Of a DNA stretch of 64,000 nucleotides, positions 34,028 through 45,687 are shown piece after piece. The position numbers and the translations under genes were made by a program. Below the pieces are notes generated by a model that saw nothing but the letters and a program-made list of their open reading frames with translations, was not told where the DNA came from and ran no database searches. This DNA comes from Oopsacas minuta (taxonomy: Eukaryota > Animalia > Porifera), in NCBI GenBank assembly GCA_024704765.1, contig JAKMXF010000110.1, forward strand, positions 682,001 to 746,000, read 5' to 3'. Every line of letters begins with the position of its first letter. Positions within the stretch are counted from its first letter, which is position 1.

Positions 34028-36898
34028 ATGGCAGAACATGAAAACTATGATGACTTTCTAGACGAGTTCTTTCGGGGCTCCTCTACACGTACAACACGCC
34101 TTTCATTGCCCCCTTCAACTGAAGTTCCTGCTCACCCTTCACCACACCGTTCTGTTCCCTCATCGACTAACTCTTCTGCCCGATCTCCACCACAGCATAC
34201 TTCAATCACTTCACCTTACGCTTCTGCTCACCCTTCATCACACCGTTCTGTTCCCTCATCGACTAACTCTTCTGCCCAATCTCCACCACAGCATTCTTCG
34301 ATCTTTTCACCTTACGCTTCTGCTCACCCTTCATCACACCGTTCTGTTCCCTCATCGACTAACTCTTCTGCCCAATCTCCACCACAGCATTCTTCGATCT
34401 TTTCACCTTACGCTTCTGCTCACCCTTCATCACACCGTTCTGTTCCCTCATCGACTAACTCTTCTGCCCGATCTCCACCACAGCATACTTCGATCACTTC
34501 ACCTTACGCTTCTGCTTCCCCTTCTGCTTTCTCCCCTGCTCCCCCTTCACGTCACCACTATCATGTTCCCCCTTCGACTGGTCCTTCAAATAATCCTTTC
34601 ACTCACTCTTCTTCCCGCTCTCCAGCACACGATTCTGCAGTCCCTTCTGCTTACACTTCTGCTTCCCCTTCTGCTTCCACCCCTGCTTCCACTTCAGCTC
34701 ACCATCCAGCTTACTCTCCAACTCACAACCCATTCAGTAATTCCAGTAGCTACACCTGGGGTAATCCTACTGATTCGACACAAGACTACAAACCCGGAAG
34801 AAAGAAAATCCGTCAGAATATGTCCTTCCTTTCAAAGAGAAGGGCTTTACCTATTTGGCCTTACAAATCTGAAATAATTCGTAGAATAGAACAGTCCCAG
34901 GTTGTCATAATTGAAGGGGAGACAGGTTCTGGTAAGAGTACACAAATACCTCAATGGTGCTTGGAAGTTGAAAATGTGTCCAAAGTGGTTTGTTCACAAC
35001 CGAGACGGATCGCAGCCATAAGTCTTGCGAACCGTGTGGCACATGAAATGGGCGTAGGTGTAGGTGACGAAGTTGGCTACGTGGTGAGGTTTGAGCACAA
35101 ATCCAGTTTGACTACAAACCTGAAATACGTGACCGATGGGATTTTAGTCAGACAGCTTATGACTGACAGAAGCCTCGAAGCTTATGACGTCATAATAATT
35201 GATGAGGTGCATGAACGTAGGCTTGTAACCGACATTCTGATTGGTCTGATTAAACAGATACTTCCATATAGACCAGAACTAAGAATTGTCATAATGAGTG
35301 CCACTTTAAATAAAAACAAATTTTCTGACTTTTTCGAGAATTGTGGTAATTTGAAAATTCCCGGCCAAATCTATCCGATCGAGAAAATATTCTCGCCAGC
35401 TGTGATCGAACGCGCGGCCTTTGGAGAAGATGACCAAAAACGCTATGAAAAGTATGTCATACAGGCAATTAACGTAGTGATGGAAATATGCATAATGGAA
35501 AGGACACAGGGAGACATCCTTGTATTCGTTACAGGCCGCGATGAGATTGATTATATCTGTGAATATTTAGAAGATTTGTGTGTTACCTACAAGGACTCAA
35601 TGGGTACTATCGATATTATTCCATTGTATGGTGAGCTTCCTTATTCTAGTCAGCAGCGGATATTCGCTAAAGCTCCCAAATCGTTTCAAGGGAGGATAAG
35701 TCGTAAGTGCATTATTGCTACGAATATAGCGGAAACTTCTATCACTATAGAAGGAATAGTATTCGTAATAGATTCAGGGAAAGTGAAACTGTCGAGTGTT
35801 GATCAGAAATGTCATATGAAGTCTCTGCTTCCGGTTGATATCTCTAAATCATCGGCTGAGCAGAGAGCGGGACGGGCTGGACGGACTCAGCCAGGTAAAT
35901 GTTATCGTTTATACTCACAGGACGCTTACGAAGCAATGGCGAACGACACCATACCAGAAATTATGCGTAGCGATCTGACAAGTGTCATTCTCCAACTCAA
36001 AGTGATGGGTATTGACTTAGAAACATTCGAATCCATCGACCAGCCTAACCCAGATCAACGCCAGCTCGCGTTAGAAAGGTTAATACAATTGAATGCATTA
36101 GATCCTTATCATAACGTCACGGAGATAGGCAGACAGATGGCGAGGTTTCCGTTGGACGCTGAAGTATCAAGAATGCTAGTTGCTAGTAAGGACTATTCCT
36201 GTCAGAATGAAATACTAACTTTAGCTGCAATGCTCAGTGGTGATAGACCAGGTAGCGTGTTTGTATTAGTTGGTAAGAAGAAAAGGGAAAAGGCCATGGA
36301 GGCTAGAGGGCAATTCGCACACCCCAGTGGGGACCATTTGACCTATATTAACGTCTTTAATCATTTTAAAGCGAATGGATGCAGAGAGGACTGGTGTTTT
36401 GACAAATTTTTGAATTTTAAGATATTGAATGAAGCGAGTACGATTCATAGCCAGCTGGAACATATTATGATAGAACTTAATTTCTTAGATCATAATTCAC
36501 TTCGTTACTCTTCTCCTGCTAAAGATTCGAATATTCTAAAAGCGATTCTGACAGGTAATATATCTCAGTTGGCACAAAGAGACCCACTTCAACCCCATGT
36601 CGGCAGCAGACAACAATTTATAACTGTCCTTGACAATTTGAAAGTAACACTACACCCATCGTGTACTCTATCTGAATATACACAATATGAACTTCTTTGT
36701 TATTCATCGTGTCTCAAAACTAACGCCAGAAAGTCCTACATATCCACTGTCTCTTCTATTAATATGGAATGGTACGACGAAGTGGCGGGAACAACTGGCG
36801 CACCATCCTTGATGAAACGAAGAGCAGAAAGAATGCATTTGCTATCTTTCATGACCGAATTGGAATTATCTCAGCTGTTTAACGACTTCAATATATGA
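34028..36898 (+). CDS. Intronless DEAH-box RNA helicase, divergent DHX15/Prp43-like (copy B)
   Basis: 956-aa ORF with the same intact helicase motifs; near-identical to copy A over most of the core. Confidence 0.9.
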   Translation: MAEHENYDDFLDEFFRGSSTRTTRLSLPPSTEVPAHPSPHRSVPSSTNSSARSPPQHTSITSPYASAHPSSHRSVPSSTNSSAQSPPQHSSIFSPYASAHPSSHRSVPSSTNSSAQSPPQHSSIFSPYASAHPSSHRSVPSSTNSSARSPPQHTSITSPYASASPSAFSPAPPSRHHYHVPPSTGPSNNPFTHSSSRSPAHDSAVPSAYTSASPSASTPASTSAHHPAYSPTHNPFSNSSSYTWGNPTDSTQDYKPGRKKIRQNMSFLSKRRALPIWPYKSEIIRRIEQSQVVIIEGETGSGKSTQIPQWCLEVENVSKVVCSQPRRIAAISLANRVAHEMGVGVGDEVGYVVRFEHKSSLTTNLKYVTDGILVRQLMTDRSLEAYDVIIIDEVHERRLVTDILIGLIKQILPYRPELRIVIMSATLNKNKFSDFFENCGNLKIPGQIYPIEKIFSPAVIERAAFGEDDQKRYEKYVIQAINVVMEICIMERTQGDILVFVTGRDEIDYICEYLEDLCVTYKDSMGTIDIIPLYGELPYSSQQRIFAKAPKSFQGRISRKCIIATNIAETSITIEGIVFVIDSGKVKLSSVDQKCHMKSLLPVDISKSSAEQRAGRAGRTQPGKCYRLYSQDAYEAMANDTIPEIMRSDLTSVILQLKVMGIDLETFESIDQPNPDQRQLALERLIQLNALDPYHNVTEIGRQMARFPLDAEVSRMLVASKDYSCQNEILTLAAMLSGDRPGSVFVLVGKKKREKAMEARGQFAHPSGDHLTYINVFNHFKANGCREDWCFDKFLNFKILNEASTIHSQLEHIMIELNFLDHNSLRYSSPAKDSNILKAILTGNISQLAQRDPLQPHVGSRQQFITVLDNLKVTLHPSCTLSEYTQYELLCYSSCLKTNARKSYISTVSSINMEWYDEVAGTTGAPSLMKRRAERMHLLSFMTELELSQLFNDFNI
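34127..34517 (+). repeat. Coding tandem repeat, 96-bp (32-aa) unit, 4 copies, in helicase B
   Basis: CACCCTTCA recurs at about 34133, 34229, 34325 and 34421. Unit: AHPSSHRSVPSSTNSSAQSPPQHSSIFSPYAS. Confidence 0.95.
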
Positions 36899-37393
36899 CA
36901 TCTAAGTCTTTATTTCATTTCTTAGAAATTTTATTTGTTTCTAATATTATTGTGTTTGTTGCATGCTGTTGTTTACGAGGATTTGTTGATTCATATTACA
37001 CCTGTTCAAACGTTACAAGGGGAGGAATGACATGCGAAGTGCTACAGCCTTACTTTTTGTATTACAAAATGGTCAAACGCGTCACACAGGGAGAGGTGTC
37101 ATATTTAGGGAATTTTGCGTTACGTAACGTTTGAATAGCTCTTATAAATCGGGACGCGGGGTCTGTGGTGTCTGAGAAGAACATAACTTTTCTTACTAAA
37201 TGTCCAGATTTGGCGGGACTTCTCGCATTTTCGGATATGAGATCATGCTTATATCCCGCCTAAGTTTCCCGCGTTTTTGCAGTCAGTTTACCGTAATATG
37301 CTACGTCACGCGATGCCCGCTCAATTAGCATTTTTGCCCAGATTTTTTCTTAATCGACCGTGCGTATTGATGCGAACTTGTTCTAAAATTAGA

Positions 37394-40001
37394 ATGTATG
37401 ACTTCTCAAACGACTCGCAATTACTCTCATCGATTTCACAAGGATATGTCGGTTGTACGGGAAATGTTATGATACGAGATACAACCGCCATTCCAGAGCT
37501 AGTTGCTAAGCAACCAGTGGAAGAGAATGGTATTCCACGTAAAACTTCGCTACAATCTAGACAGAAGGACAAGATACAGCTAACTAATCGACCTGGTACT
37601 GCTAAAGGAAGACTGGAATCTGGGGATAATATAAGAGTACGGATTAGGGATCTGTCTCCGAGTGCTGCTAATCTACACCAACAGGTGATGAATTGTCCCA
37701 AGACACAATTTTTCGGGAAGAGGACATTCTGACCCACATTTTCCCCAAATTTTGAGCATTGAGATATAGCCATGCAAAAAGTGATTATGCCACAATCAAT
37801 TGTGGCATAATGTTGGTTTAACTATAGCTAACTATACATTCCTTACCGTAAATATTGTAACCATGGAGTTAGAGCGATACAATAAGTCTCAAACACCAGT
37901 AATATCAAATATAATTTTAAATATTCGCAACCAAATTCCAATTAACTTGTCTTCACTTGTTAATGATATTTACATTCTTTTATATTTACAGGTTGCTATG
38001 GATAAACCCTCCCCTGGGAAACCTGATTTGTCTCCTTATAAGGAGAGGTTTGAGGTGTTACCTTCCTACAGACCCCAGATATTCCCCGCCAAAACATATC
38101 TCACAAGGTAAGGATTGGGAGGGTGCACCAAATTGGCTTAGTGGGTCCACGGGTGAAGAGGGCATACTTACCAACCTCTGTACATGTTTCCCTGGATGGT
38201 TACAAGTATGAGAGGGTTGGGGACCGCTGCTTAAGCCCCCCTCCTTACCAATTATACAATTATTTTAGACAAGGACACTTGTTGTTATATGCTGTAAGAG
38301 ATCAAAGACAAGATGAATATCCTGCAGGAGGGTTATGTTATCCTGAATACTCGGTATGTGTGTATTTATCCTATTTATGATTATTGAACCATGGATTACG
38401 TGTTATATTTCTATAGTCACATAGACTCAGACCTGCATCTGCTATTGTCAAACTGAAGTAAGTGAAACATGCATGTACCCTGACCTAGTGTCTCACTGAT
38501 ATATGTGTGATATGCAGGCCCGTTACCGCTGGGTCCCTTTGTTCCTGTTTCATGCTGACTACTTGTGGTGTTAGTACTGAATCTATGGTGACCCGCACAG
38601 GAAACTGGCGACAACCTTGGTGTAGTGCTTATTACATCCTTTATACTTTTGTATTCTAAGGACAACCTCAAATGGACAAAGGAATGTAAGAAAAAACTCA
38701 AAAGAAGTTTCGTCTGGCTCCAATGAGCTCCGTCCCAAATCAGCTCCTCCCTCTAAAGTGTCCATTGGTGAGGAACCCCCTCATGATGGAGAGAACAGTT
38801 ATAAAAATAGAATTAAGACAGATGCGGAGGTATTGGCAGAAATAAAAGCAGAGATTAGTGCGGCCAGTTCTAAGAAACAGAATAGGCCTATTTCAGCTAA
38901 GAAGAAACGAAGAGTTCTGTCCGCTAGGAGGAGGAGGAAGGTATCAGCGACAGAGCAACACAATCTGCCAACAGAGAGTTCTTTTGAGGATACAACTGGG
39001 TCACATGGAGAGGTGACAAGTGGCATGGATCCCATGAGGGTAGATGGTAGAGGTGGCGCGACTAATCACTCTGCTAAAGTTGATCCGAGAAGAGCAAAGA
39101 TGAGAGAACTTGCTGAGAAGAGGTTATTGGTTTATGCCACTTCGAGCCATCTTGTTTTGAATTATATCCTATTTCTTGTTTTACAGACGTTTGGAGATGG
39201 AAGCTATGAGGAACCAAATGAGATCACAGCTGATAGCTAAGGAAGAGGAGGTTATAATATCAGATAATGAGTTAGATTCCTTACTCGTCCCTGACGAGAG
39301 TAGTTCCATATTGGAATGTGAACTATCAGTTGAGGAAATTGATAAGAAAGTATCTACACATTCCTTAATGTCAGATGATAGTTCTTTGACTGATTTGTTA
39401 GCTAATCAGCTTGCAGAACAAAAGAGGTATACTTTATGAAATTTTTACCCCAAGGGGAGAGTTACTTCAATATTATGATATCATAATGGTAACTATGGGG
39501 TGTGTTTTTGGGTGCTTATATGAGGATTTCTAGGGACCGGACCTTCTTGCCCAATGGGACGTGCTCCTTGTACCATAGGCCTATCTATTGTGGCATTAAC
39601 TTCCCATTCCCAAATGTTAGGACCCTTGTCCGCTCATTAATGATCTCCTTTATAGACAAGCGGAACTAGAAGCTCAGAGACAGGCCCTGGAGAGGAAAAA
39701 ACGAGAAGAGGAATTAGCCCGTTTGGAGATAGAAGCGGAATTATTGCGAGAATCTGAAAAAGCTAGAATATTAGCTGAGTTAGAAAGAAAACAAATTGAA
39801 GAACTAAAACGGCGAAAACGATTAGAAGATTGGATGGATTATCAAGATGAAATGAAAAAGGAACGATTTGATTCGTTGACAAAAGCATATTGGCGCGCGA
39901 ATTCTTGTAGCGGGATTTCCCACGCGTACACTTTTTCATATTTTCAGGCGGCTAAAATTGAAAAACCGCGCTTAAATCACTCGAAAAAGGAGCTCAGATG
40001 A
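37394..40001 (+). CDS. Multi-exon gene of unknown function; low-complexity protein with RPxSA motifs and a C-terminal charged coiled coil
   Basis: GT-AG-bounded exons join in frame (e.g. NLHQQ|VAMDKP...YLTR|QGHLLL...PEYS|SHRLRPASAIVKL). Ends in an E/R/K-rich coiled coil (ELEAQRQALERKKREEELARLE). Family not recognised; ends approximate. Confidence 0.55.
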
Positions 40002-40948
40002 TTGGCTAATCGATCACTTTTTATTTGTATATTTTGTTTATTTATGTAATTTTATTTTCTTTTATTTCTTTCTGAATTCTAAGCTCTAATAAACATGTTT
40101 ACCCTTTTACGTGTTTGTTTGTTTATTGTTGGGGCGTGTTGATGGGTACATGGGGCAATATATTGTGGGAAGTTCGCTGTATTTCGAAGTAGAATCATTG
40201 AAATGTCCGCATGCTTAGATGCACATCATGTAGATCTGAAACAGGTTTATCATTACAGGAAACATAAATGTAATGCGTAACTATAAGTGTTCTAAAGAAT
40301 TTCCTTTGAACCAAGAGTTCTTATACCTTAGACATATGTCAACACACTTTTTCAGAGAACTAACCCACCTAACTAACCACATTGCTTACCCCAGAAAATA
40401 ACAACAAAGAATAAACACATCTGCGTGATTACCTCATTTTGAATTATTAAAGTAACAAACAATAAACTCTAAATGAATTTCCAAGAATTATTACCTAACT
40501 TTTCACCAACTTACTTAGCTATAAAAGAATTGCTAGATCAAATAACATACATCATTTTTGGTTGTTAGGGATATACCTCCTTTGGAATGTATGTCTTTCC
40601 TGCATTATTTGTTAATTCACTTTGATTAATTCCCCGGCAAATGTGAAATGGTCTAGAGAAAAGACAATTTTCTGGGTGGTGGCGGAGCTCAAATCGCCAG
40701 TTTTATAGAATATATTCGGCTACTTATATTCAGTAATATAGATTGTGTCTTTTGTGTCTCAAAGTTAACACCTTTAAACGTTCATAACTTTAAAACCACA
40801 TGACCAATCGACTAACTCAAAATAGGAAATATGTAGTTCATAATGTGTCCTTACCGGAAACCACTTGCGACACAACTGCCACTTCCTAATTTAATTAAAA
40901 TGCCAGCTCAATTATATCTCTTAAACTATTTTTTGACAGTTCCACAAT

Positions 40949-43900
40949 ATGTCATATGCAAGTGCTAAAAGTTTGGATCTTCAATTACCACACAGACAAG
41001 ACTCCTTAGATGAAATCGACAACAAAGAAACAAAAATTGGATTATACTGTACACTTGATGGTGAAGGAATAGAAAATACGAACAATAATATCAACAAGAA
41101 CAAGGGATCTAACCCCGCGAAAGGGTCTAATCAAAAATCTGGCGGTTTGAATTTAAGAATGGACAAAACATACCCATCGGTTCACCAGGGGTTCTTGACA
41201 AAACAAGGGGGGACAATTAAGAACTGGAAGAAAAGGTTTTTCACACTTCGTACGAATAAAGTCTTATATTACTACAGAGATATCAATAAGGAGCCGCAAG
41301 GGGAAATCGATTTGAATGATAACTTGTTTTCGATTCGCGCGGGGAGTTGTGAAGATGGTTGTTGGTCTAAGATCCCTTTTAAGAGGACATTGGTACTTGA
41401 CACGACTAATAGGAGATATTACTTATACTCTGAGACTGTCCAAGAGGCTGATACTTGGCTAGAGAGGATTACAAATGTACGGAATAAACCGAACACACCG
41501 AATGTAAAGGAAAAGTCTCAGACACTACCAGGTGAGATAATATTGAGAACTTAAAATTCGAATTGTTACTTTGACGGTTTGAGGCCATATTTGTACAATC
41601 TAACACTTCCATGTAAGCGGATATTTCAATATATCCGTGTTAGATATAACGGGAGCTGACTGCATCGGAATACCCGCTTATATCTAAGTGTTAATTGTAC
41701 AAATATGGTCCCAAACAGTCAAAGTAACATATATATATTTCATGTAATTATCACGGTCCCTTGAGCTTCGATATAACCGTACTTCATATATATTTATATT
41801 CATCTGTAGCTCAAGGTCGCAGTGCAACAGTTGGCCAATTCGGTCGATCTCTTAAAATCACACCAAACCTGTCACCTATTACTGCAGAGGATTGTTCTAG
41901 TTTCACTAAACCGAGAACTCTGACGTCATCTGCTAAATTCCAAGTTCTACCTGCTGTCCCTATAAGAGCTAAGGTATGTTTGATAATACTATAAATAGAA
42001 TCAGGGACACCAATTTCACACCTTTTTCTAGATAAGTGAAGATGTATCTCAGTACTATGGGGATCTTCCTGTCCATGAAAAGAAACTAGCAGAGATGAGA
42101 AATGAAGCCAATGAACATTATTCAAACCCTAACTATCTACTGGATGATACGCACATGAGTGAAGGAGGAGGGCAACTGGAGAAGAGAAGAAGTGAATTGT
42201 ATAAATGTCGATCTGTGGAAGATTTCGTTACCAGTAGTACTTATGAGGTAACTACAGTAAACTCCTGTTATATCGAAGCTTAAGGGACCGTAATAATTCC
42301 TTCGATATAACCGATAGGATATTTGTTACTTTGAAGGTTTGGGACCATATTTGTACAATTTATCACTTCGATATAAGCGGGTATTCAGATATATCCGTGT
42401 TTGATATTTCAGGAGTTGATTGTATAGTAATTGGAGCACGGAATTCATGGATAAACCATGAATCCTGTGAGGTTTAGAAATATGAAATTTCCACATATTT
42501 AGAGGGACATTCTATCTATTACAGGTTTCAAAGTTATTGGAATCCCAAGAAGATGAAGCTACCTGTGTTACCACAGAGACCCTATACGACTGTCCAGACA
42601 CAGGGGAGACCAGAGATGAGTTATACGGACTTGTTATCAACGGGAATGAGACAACAACAACAAAATGTGAGACTACATCAAATAGACCTAGGATGGAATT
42701 ACCTGAAATAAGTGAGTTTCCTTATATACTTCTCTTCAGCCAATCAGATTATCAGCTGTATATGCATATTTCCGCTGAATTACAAACGGCCCTATTCTGA
42801 TTGGGTGACTGTTTGACTATTTGTTACTATTGATTTTTGTGTTTAATAGCGATAGCTGTTTACTTGTTTACATTTCTAGCTGACTACTGTATCACTAAGC
42901 AACCTATCCCAGACTCTATGAGGAGAGCTCTCTTACCACTTAACCCAGAGAAGAACCATACTCAACAACAACAACACCAACAACAACAACAACAAAAGAA
43001 GAATTCTGCTGGGAGTTTGGGTGTAGGAGTCTACTCTATGATACAACCTGAGGAAATCATTGAAGCTCCGATACCTAAACCAAGGAGTGTTACATTATCT
43101 ATTAACAAAGATTGTCTATATGGTATGTTGTTTATTTATTTGTTTATTTGTCTGTTTACATGTTTACTTGTTTGTTTATAGACGAAGTTCCAGTTGAGGA
43201 ATTCTATGATGAGATAAATGCAGAGACCAGAGCTGAATTATTTGATATAAATACAAATAAAAATGAAGTCAATTCCAACAATACGCAACCTAACAACGGT
43301 TTGTTAACACAAATATTTCTGAGATTCTGTGTCGACCTATCAGATTTGAGGGTTTTCCAGTATATGTAAGCTGATATTCTATTGATTAAATGGAATGTAC
43401 AAGTTACATATGGTATTCATTCATATGCCTATCTGAGACTGTAATTTGATTGGTTTATGGCAGCTGTTCCCAAACTGGGTACACGGACGACAGTAGGGGT
43501 CCACAAGATCAGTTGCAGTCTATGGAAGGGGTCCAAGAGTGAAAATGTTGAGAACAGCTGATCAATTTGATTAATTTTCACACTTTAGATTACGAGACAT
43601 TACAACAATCTTCTACATATGATGAAGCCTGTGGTTGTATCCAAGATACCACGTATGACATACTGACTGATGATAAGCCAGACAGTCCTCTTCCAGTCAT
43701 AAAGATTAAGTCTACTGATGGAATCATCAGTAAATCGCGGTTAGTTAAAAACCACTGTTAGTTGGAAACTTGTTTCAGCTCCACTGCCCGCGTCAAGTTT
43801 ACCTGCCGCGTGAATATTGCCATTATTTGAAGTTCAACTACACAATATATTTACTAGCTAACTGGTGAATAGTAGTGATTTTATCTTCACAGACCTCCTT

Positions 43901-45549
43901 TAACACGCTCTCTCACATGCTTAGATTGACATCATGTAGAACTGAAACAAGTTTCTTATTGACAGAAGTCTATGATTTAATTGTTATTAATTTAGTACCA
44001 ATTCGCCTCCAATCTCTCCTCTAAATTCAGGAGTATTCTCTCCGATAAGGAAGGTGACATCAAACAACCCCACCTCCCCACAGGCTACCAGACGGAAACA
44101 AGACCCCCTACCTCCTGTACCCAACTCTCCTAGACCCATCGCATCTCCTAATAAGCCTGTCCTCTCCAAAAGCACTGACAACAATTTGAAGGAACAAACT
44201 ATAAGTGCTAATAATTCTGAGTATGTTTAAACCTGTTTAAAATGGGAAAAAAGTTTAAAGTGAACTAAAAATAGCTACTATTTACAATTATTCTAATTTT
44301 AGTACAGATGAAAAGCCTGTAGTGACTCCATATACAGGACCTGATCCTCTGTCAGATTCTCTTGATTTTCCTGTGTTTATAGTGAATGAAGATGTATGTC
44401 TGAACTCTGATACTCAAGTTATACCAAAGTATAGCAAAGTCAATGTGAGTATATTTGAGTAAACAAATAATTAAGTCAGCTGTTCCCAACCTTTGAACCC
44501 ATCCCATTAGTCACATAGACTGTAATATAAACTGAAGCCCCTGTTGCCCCAGGGACCTCTAATAGGTCCCTGCATCCCAGGCCAGGTTGGGAACCGCTAA
44601 ATTACAAACAAACGAACGAACGAAGAAGCAAACAAACAAACAAACAAACAAACAAATAAACAAACAATATATTGCTTAGAGATCATATACTGTGGCTAGT
44701 AAGAGCAGTGCTGGAACAGATTTATTTCAAAAGAAGAGAAATGAATTAATCAAAACTTCTTCAACAAATTCTGGCAATGACTTAAGGTATGTAGCAATAA
44801 TACGTATCATTAATTACACACCAAAAGGTGTGATAATATGAAAATATTAACACTCAGACTGTCGGATTTGCTGTATTGGAGGGCATACAGTCAACTCCTG
44901 TTATATCTAACACGGATATATTGAAGTGTTAAATTGTACAAATATGGTCCCAAAACATCAAAGTAAAATATATATTACATGGGATATACCGAAAGTAATT
45001 ATCACAGTCCCTTGAGCTTGGATATAACAGGAGTTATCTGTTTTGTTTTTTAGTACAGAATGTGTTGACCTTTCGGAAGAAGAGAAGAAACTTGAAAGAT
45101 TGAGAAGAGAATGTAACAGAGAGGAAAAGAAAAATGAGAGAATTGAAGGAGAGTTGAAGATGAAGAAAAAGTTCGATGAAATTCGAAAAGATCAAGAATT
45201 GATCCAACAACGATTGCAAGGTATTCGAGCTAAGAATATTGATATGATGGTTGAAGTTGGAAAAGATGATTTAAAAGGTGTGAAAAGTGGCACAAATGAT
45301 GCCAACGACGACATGGAAAGGATTAAAATCGAGCGGGAAAAACTGGAGATCGAGAAGGAGAGACAAAAACTGGAAAGAGAAAAACTAGCTATGGAAAGAG
45401 AGCGATCGGAAATGGAAAAAATGAAGTTAGAACACCAAAAATTGCTTTTAGAAAGGGAAAGATTTATGTTTGAAAAGGAAAAATTGGATTTGGAGAAGGC
45501 TCGGATGGAATGTTTGACCAGGAGTGAGTCCCAGACCTCTGAAATATAA
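40949..45549 (+). CDS. PH-domain protein with a Tyr-motif/Pro-rich disordered region and a C-terminal coiled coil (docking-adaptor-like), multi-exon
   Basis: Clear PH domain (HQGFLTKQGGTIKNWKKRFFTL...YYY...PQGEIDL...RRYYLYSET.QEADTWLERI). Downstream spliceable exons end in an EKER-rich ORF. Joining all exons into one gene is inferred. Confidence 0.68.
41565..41780. mobile_element. Two partial MITE family A copies in opposite orientation
   Basis: The 3' half of family A (ending GATATAACGGGAGCTGACTG) is followed by a reverse-oriented partial copy. Confidence 0.65.
42253..42424. mobile_element. MITE family A, near-complete copy
   Basis: TACAGTAAACTCCTGTTATATC ... GATATTTCAGGAGTTGATTGTA, inserted a few bases after a splice donor. 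Confidence 0.8.
43335..43455. mobile_element. Interspersed repeat family D (CCTATCAGATTTGAGGG ... ATGCCTATCTGAGACTG)
   Basis: Related segments at about 19033, 29835, 46008, 49177 (reverse), 51738, 52716 and 56199 (reverse). Class not determined. Confidence 0.7.
43461..43560. mobile_element. MITE family C, 100-bp copy
   Basis: CAGCTGTTCCCAAAC ... GTTGAGAACAGCTG inverted termini. Relatives at about 4080, 6161, 9340, 10570, 18300, 19130, 23755, 24790, 38130, 44477, 48720, 53670 and 57900. No clear 8-bp TSD seen. Confidence 0.75.
44886..45035. mobile_element. MITE family A, reverse orientation
   Basis: TACAGTCAACTCCTGTTATATC ... GATATAACAGGAGTT. Confidence 0.75.
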
Positions 45550-45687
45550 GTATATGAGTATATATGTACATATGTATATTCCAAAAATGTTGTAAATATT
45601 TCCTGTATTTATATTTTTAACACAATCTATTTTTAGTACGATACTGTTTATATACAAACTCTATAGGGGGAGGAGCGGGTAGTGGGA

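Noticed and set aside
32962-34517. CRISPR-like repeat arrays
   Set aside because: Units are contiguous, in-frame coding repeats without unique spacers, there are no cas genes, and the DNA is eukaryotic.
16794-45584. Long antisense ORFs (e.g. 16794-17114, 27479-27928, 31159-31356, 36266-36463, 37321-37773, 45192-45584)
   Set aside because: Shadows of real coding sequence on the other strand, with no independent motifs.
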